Part shown: positions 57,815 to 64,000 of the stretch, in pieces
Numbering within the stretch: the stretch's first letter is position 1
How the letters are laid out: the number at the start of each line of letters is the position of its first letter
NCBI RefSeq assembly: GCF_052425735.1
Contig: NC_135770.1
Span: 5,332,001-5,396,000 of the forward strand
Length of the DNA stretch: 64,000 nucleotides
Source of the DNA: Oculina patagonica
Taxonomy: Eukaryota
Direction: 5' to 3'
Made by a program: the position numbers and the translations under genes
Notes under the pieces: model-generated
What the model saw: the letters and a program-made list of their open reading frames with translations, nothing else
What the model was told of the DNA's origin: nothing
Database searches by the model: none

Positions 57815-58951
57815 ATGAATGAATCAGAAGCATGGATGGATTCAAAGATGTCGTTGAAGTTGAAAATCACAAGGTATGTCCTTTGTAATTTGTTTATTAT
57901 CACATTTCTTTTCCCCACAATATTTTAACCACCGCGGCATTTTAGTGCTGGTTATGACACGGAGGATTGAGCTAACTTTCGAGTTGCGTGGAGAAATTCA
58001 GTGATGATATACGTTTCTGAACAGTGTGTCTGAACCACGGACTGAAATTGATGTTCTTGCTTTTGGGGGAGCTTTCACTCACACTCATGAGTTGAGATAT
58101 CGTTTTTGCATTTTCAACCTGTAGTTTTTGTCGAAACCGTATTTTTTTGACGAGTTGATCTGGGGGAGAACCTGCATTTTTTTCAGCGTGCAGATCAGAA
58201 AAGACACTCTCGTAAGCGGACAGCTCTACTTTCGGCCGCCTTGTTTGAAACCCCGTTTTAACTCCCCTACAAACTCTGTATTTTAACATTCTCGTAAGCG
58301 GACATTCCCGTAAGCGGCCGCGGTCACTTTCAGAGATTACGACTTAGACTTTTTCTTTGTTTTTAAGCTCCCGTAAGCGGACACGTCAAAGAAAATCCTA
58401 CTTTTTATCAATCAACTTCACATCGCTGTTCGTCACAATGATTTTACAGTTATTACACTACCATATTTCAGTGTTTGTTTTGTCGTTATCCACATCCGAC
58501 TACATTTTGAAACACCACTTTCATGCATATTTGCATTATGTTAGCTCGGCAAGCTCCCGTAAGCGGCCATCTATCCCCTACACCTCTAGTGGCCGCTTAC
58601 GAGAACCATTCTCGTAAGCGGCCAGCTTTAGTTGCGGACACTTTTTTCGCGTCCCGAGGGTGTCCGCTTACGAGAGCTTCGACTGTATACAGTAAAAACC
58701 TGCATTTTTAAAGCTAGCCTAAAAAGGTTTTTTGCCCTTTATACCTATTAAACGACAAGAAAACAAATTTTATAAAATAAGTAACTGTTTCAAATTTCAG
58801 GCTTTAACAGGTTCTAATGAAAAGTGGGTCTTAACAGGTTTTTACTTGGGGGATTTTACTGTATGCTATCTCTTGTGCCTTTTTAGCACTCCTGAAGGTG
58901 ATAAATGCAACATCAACAAACAGGCGTACAGAGAAAAGGGAAAAAACATCA
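57815..58951 (+). other. Possible first two exons of a downstream gene (57815-57873, 58887-58951)
   Basis: CpG-rich upstream segment, AAG/GTATGT donor, pyrimidine-rich TTTTTAG acceptor and phase-compatible frame; no recognisable product. Confidence 0.25.
58205..58862. mobile_element. Two adjacent Tigger-like MITE remnants
   Basis: Repeated CGTAAGCGG units ending GAGAGCTTCGACTG-TA, followed by TA-CAGTAAAA...TTTTACTG-TA. Confidence 0.6.
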
Positions 58952-59897
58952 GTAAGACTAAATAGAAATGGGGATAGGACTTTGGACTACTTTGGATTTA
59001 TGTTGGGTTCTTCAACAGGTGGTAGCTGAATCTGAACATGCGGCCACCGCCGGTTATTCAACCTACTGAAAATCACACCTATAACTGAACCAACATATAT
59101 GGGCATCCCGTGTTCCAGTAAAAGGCGAGGACGTAATTTCTGGAATATGCTGTTTATTCAGTACACCTAAAGATAATAAATACCCAATACTAAAATTAAA
59201 ATTCCAAACGTTGAAAGATAAAAGATTTTAGACAGAAAAAAAATTTTTTTTTTCATTAAGTCAATTGCCAACCTATGTCACGCTTGACCACTTCTTGTAA
59301 GATTTAACACAAACTTCGAGTTCCTCGTAACCATATTTCTGCAAGTTTACACATATTTGAAACTGAATGGAATTGAATCTTGAATCGCCTCTTGAGTCGA
59401 ACAAGACTGCTGTCTTGACGAACTTTCACGTTTTAGGTGCAGAAAAAAGTTCAGGGAAATAACACGATTTGTAGTCGCGTTAAGGCAGGTACGCCCCTGG
59501 TTGTGGCCTGTCTCTTTAAGATGTTCCTCAACCGCGGATAGTGTAGTAAAGGGCTTAAGGGAAGAACAAACAAAAGGCGCACAAAGACACGAGGATAAGA
59601 TTTTGGATTTATGTTGGGTTGTTCAACTGGGGCTGGCTGCACGTATTTCAGATACAGCCACTATCGGTTGAACAGTCTACTAAATCCTGGTTATGAATGA
59701 GCCTGGTCGTGGCAAGCTCCCGTTGGGAACTAACACTGCAGACGGAAGTTTTACATGAACTTTTATTTCAACGAGCCGAGGCGAAAATTAGATTATCCAC
59801 TATTATTTTTATTAAATACAAAAAAATCAGAAGTGTTATGCCTTATAATTGTTTAACCTTTAATTCCAATGCCCATATGAGATGTACCTCACCGTCA

Positions 59898-60105
59898 CTA
59901 GCCTGCGAGCAGGCTCTCTATTTAGACGCAACGTGAATCTCTCTTCGAGCGCCGAAGGCACGATCCCCTCGAGTTTCACATTGCCCCCGAATAGAGAGCC
60001 TGCTCACTCTGTCTCGAAACTCGCGGCTTTGGCACTCGCGGGATCGCGCCTTCGGCGCTCGAAGAGAGATTCAAGTTACCCCCGAATAGAGTCTGCTCAC
60101 AGGCT
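59898..60105. mobile_element. MITE with TIR TAGCCTG(C/T)GAGCAG and an internal inverted duplication
   Basis: TAGCCTGCGAGCAGGCTCTCTATT...AATAGAGTCTGCTCACAGGCTA; the internal AATCTCTCTTCGAGCGCCGAAGGC occurs in both orientations. Confidence 0.7.
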
Positions 60106-61147
60106 ACACCGCCACCTAGACGTACATGACAGGCAAAAAGGGAATTTAAGTGGCGCCAGGTTTTTACTAGCACCTCCCACTCCCACGCGACCGTTCCTGC
60201 AGGTGCTCCACCTGTGCACACCCAGGCGGATGGGGGGGGGGGGGGGGGGGGGCTGTGACACGTTTTGGAGCATGCTGCCAGTCCGTGTGTGAGCCCCTTC
60301 TTGTGTTAAAGCACAACTGCAAACAAAATGAGGGCCCCCAGTTTATGGGTCAGTTTATCAGTAACTTAAGTTACTGTCACGGGTCACCCTCATTAAATAG
60401 TCTCTTACTTACTAGAAGAGGAGACGTCATCAGTAGTTACGCATTTGAGATGAGCATGATCTCCTAATCAGAAGCGGAGATGCGGTAAGGGCACTAGCTT
60501 GTGTAAAGCATGAACCAACTGAATTTGTAGCAAGGTTAACATACCGAGTAGCCGAAAATGTCCGAGGAAGCTGCAGTAGGGCGCCAGAGTTACTTGAGTT
60601 AGAAATACCCTCCCATGTACAACAAAGGGTAAACTACAATCCTAGACGAAAGTCTTAGGACACTCAACCATTATTTAAACTTTGCTTTTTTGGGGAGGAG
60701 GAAGGGGGTTCGAAAAATTAAATAATGGCTTCTCAACTAGATAGGATTTGTCCGGCTGGGCACTATTCGGTTAGTGTGTCCCAAGGACATTTGCCCAGGA
60801 TTATAAGCATCTTTCTAGAGCCACATTCCTTTAATTAAACAGAGATAGCGAACAGAAGCAGTTGAAGTGTCGCATAAAAACGAAATATAATTCATAAATT
60901 TTCTTAGAGTTTATTTGGAGTGTTGACAAATGTAATGCAGACATTTCTATAGCAGCCAGCCGGAGACAATGGAAAAGTATCAAGTTAGAAAGGCCACACC
61001 CTAGAGGCTATGGAAAAATGGCATCACAATTACAAATCGCTCGTGCTTTTAAGGAGGCCCACATCGGTTTTGAGCAATTTCCAGCTCTTATACTTTGATG
61101 AGGTCAGTACTACAAATCGTTAACAGTTGCTGTTAACTTTCCGAAAA

Positions 61148-61431
61148 TTAAAGGTGGTTCTCAAACCGCTCCGGAGAAATTTTTTTAACTTTGCAAAAAG
61201 TTGTATCGGACTCCTTTTTGAGTTATAAGCGCTTAAAGAGAAAATTAATGGTGTTTTAAACAGGTTATACTGTTGCTATGATAACCAGCGACGTCATGAA
61301 AATAACTACAACTTGTTCAGCAATGATTGAACATTGGACATATTGTAGCGGCAACTAATAGAGATAAGTAGTACTGACCCATCAAAGTATAACAGCTGGA
61401 AAGTGCTGGAAACCGTTGTGAGCCTCCTTTA
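61148..61431. mobile_element. TTAA-flanked degenerate MITE (Kolobok-like)
   Basis: TTAAAGGTGGTTCTCA...TGTGAGCCTCCTTTA imperfect terminal inverted repeat. Confidence 0.4.
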
Positions 61432-64000
61432 CTGGCGAGAACCGTTTGCAATTGTGTTGCCAAACAACTGTTCTTTAATAAACATCCCGACTGCAGATAT
61501 GCAGTAATTAAAAACTAATGAAATTAACATAACTCGATTGAAAAAATGTGTATTTGGTTCGAGTGGCTGTATTAACGGGGTAAAATTATAAAGGATTATA
61601 CAGGTTGGGATTTCAGAATGTGGCCGTTGGCCGTATTATTAGGAGTTTTATTATAAGAAAATGTATGGGCGTTTCGCCAGGAGATAAAAGGTGACCGTAA
61701 TAACGAGGTGGCGGTAAGGCGGGGTTCCACTGGGTATAAAAGGGTAAGAGTTTGGATCTCGGGGCGGAGCCTCCCCGTATCAAATATTTTTGAGTAGCCC
61801 CCTCCCCACCACCGCCCCGGTTCTGGGACCACAGACAAGGCGTTAAGAACAATGGCGCATAAAACAAAGAGGGAAACTAAACGTGCTCGTGAAACATGTT
61901 CCACCTGCTGGACCATGGGAACAATCCCCCCGCCACACCCTCCTAGATCAGGGGTACCCTCCTAGGTCTTCTTCACGAGCTAACTTGCCCAGCGTTTCAG
62001 AAGACAGGAACCTCTTCGGAACCTGTTATTTCATTCTCTCCTTGGGCTAGGGTCATTGTTTCTGTTGTTGTTGTTTTTTTCAGCTAATACTTGACAATGC
62101 TGTTAAGCCTTCCGAGAGGTGCGTACCGCACCCAGCGTTTACATAGATATTAGGACATGTGACCAAAGATACGGGATATGTATTACCAGGAATTTGGGTT
62201 GTCAGCCTGTAACGTAACAGCTCACTGAACCCCTTAATGCTGTTAATGTACAACAAATAGGTGACACATGTATAAGCCTTCTTTAAAATAGGAATTTTAT
62301 GCTATGGGCAGGACGCCATCTCGGTTAAGGGTTATCAAAGTACGCGGGAGGAGCGGGACCTGAGTACAATCTTTTTAAGCAAAGGTCATTCCAAGTCTTT
62401 TCCTGCAATCCGACATTATTCTGAAGTCTCCTGATTCCCAGTTAATACCTACAGAAGAAAAGACAAAGTTGAATTAGCAGTGTAGTCGACTATTATCGTC
62501 AAGTATATTCTCCTGAAAAAAAGAGTGTTGCTAATTTGAAAAAGAAATTTGCATATTTTCAGAAGCCCATTCATTTTGCATTTTTGAGCCGCACAAAAAT
62601 CCGTTAACAGTCCACAAACTAGTTTCATCTCATCCAAGTTATGAAAATTTGAATTTTAAAGTCAGAAAATAAAAAAGAATACGAAAATCGGCAGCAGGTG
62701 TGCGTGGTTCATTTTTTTAAAAAATTTACATAAAGTTGAAGTTTGAGCCTGTACAATAAATCCGGGAGAAATTAGCTGACGAGATCAAACAAATAACTAA
62801 AGAAAAACCAAGTAAATATCAGTTCCAAAGTTGAAAATATTCTTGGTTACAAAAGAATTTCAAATTAAATAATATCTAGCTGAAAGGGCTCAAATTAAAT
62901 GATGGAAAAATTTTTAAATAACGGAGGCGAATGCTGAGGTATCAATACAGCAATTTTTTTAGAAACACCTGCTCTATAGATAGAATTAAAATGAAACAAT
63001 TTAGAAACTGTCCTCGACATCCCGCCAATTTTGGCATCCACTTCCTAAGTAATAAAGTTTCAAGAATAACAATGCAAACATAAATAAGGCTTGAATGAAA
63101 GGTCATCTTTTCCGAGTCTCTTTTTAGCGTTTCACTTTTCTGATCAAGTAACTTCGTAGGAAGCCGGTTGGGCTTTTGATAGACCGCGCCATGATCCCGC
63201 GGCCAGTCGATACCACCCATGTATTTTGTGATAATCTTGTAAAAAGCGAACTTTCTTGAACACAAATGATTAAATATCAGCCAGTGATGCATCGGTTTTA
63301 ATTTTAGATTTCCTTCCTGCCTTTTGATGCGCATTATTGGTAAAGAATTAGCACGTTTAGTACATTAGCGCGTCGCGCGGTATTACAAGCAAGAACCCAC
63401 TTTCAATGAAATTAAACCCGGATTCGACGACACTCGCTTCGCCGGAAATTTCTGTCGTACTTCCCTTTAGATTGACAAACCAAGCTTTTAAAAACCTATA
63501 TTGAACGAAGGAAGTCTTCCTTTTGACAATCACCCTACGGGTTGGTTTATACCTTTCAAAATTTTTATAGGAATAAACTGAGCCGGGGTGTGAATTAAAT
63601 ATTTGGTGTTATGTTCATTCGTATACACGGGAAGCACACAGTTTGCACCTTGCTGAATTTGAAATTATGAGAAAAATTCATTAGCTGTAATTTTATTGAT
63701 GTTTCAAATTTGAAGTGGGCATAATACTTCAGTGAGTTTAACTAATGACAGCTAGAAATGACATACTCAGTCGCAGCTGCACTTTATAAAGAATATCCGT
63801 CTGCCTTTTTTGCTTAACAATCAAACCGTCACTACAAATGCGAATTGCAATAATAAAATTTACCCCAAAAAAATCGCACAACAAAAAAGCGAAAAAAAAA
63901 ACTATGGTTTACTGCAAGATAAGTTTTTATCCAAGTTTATGTTCATAAGGAAAATCACAATTTTTTAAACCCCGCTTTAAAGTCATACCTCTCATCTTGT

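Noticed and set aside
54600-64000. Numerous 60-136 aa ORFs
   Set aside because: No recognisable domains; most overlap MITEs or AT-rich non-coding DNA.

Overview
Eukaryotic (animal) genomic DNA; the repeat families and gene style suggest a stony coral or other anthozoan (inference). Positions 1-41 kb hold a tandem array of six intronless minus-strand BTB-BACK-Kelch (KLHL-type, putative CUL3 adaptor) genes in ~5.5-7 kb duplication units. Their BTB/BACK halves are nearly identical, while the Kelch substrate-binding loops are hypervariable and show a patchwork of shared segments. The sixth copy is split at the BACK/Kelch junction by a young, intact BEL/Pao LTR retrotransposon. The spacers carry many copy-specific insertions: MITEs, foldback palindromes, an inverted tRNA-derived SINE structure and a Penelope-like remnant with two mirror-image hammerhead ribozyme motifs. 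To the right are a 6-exon minus-strand coiled-coil gene that the ORF track misses, a 5'-truncated L1/Tx1-like LINE with an unusually long 75-bp direct duplication, an intronless MFS (MFSD8-like) transporter gene, and MITE-rich non-coding DNA. The best candidate for an undescribed system is the diversifying and recombining Kelch adaptor repertoire.
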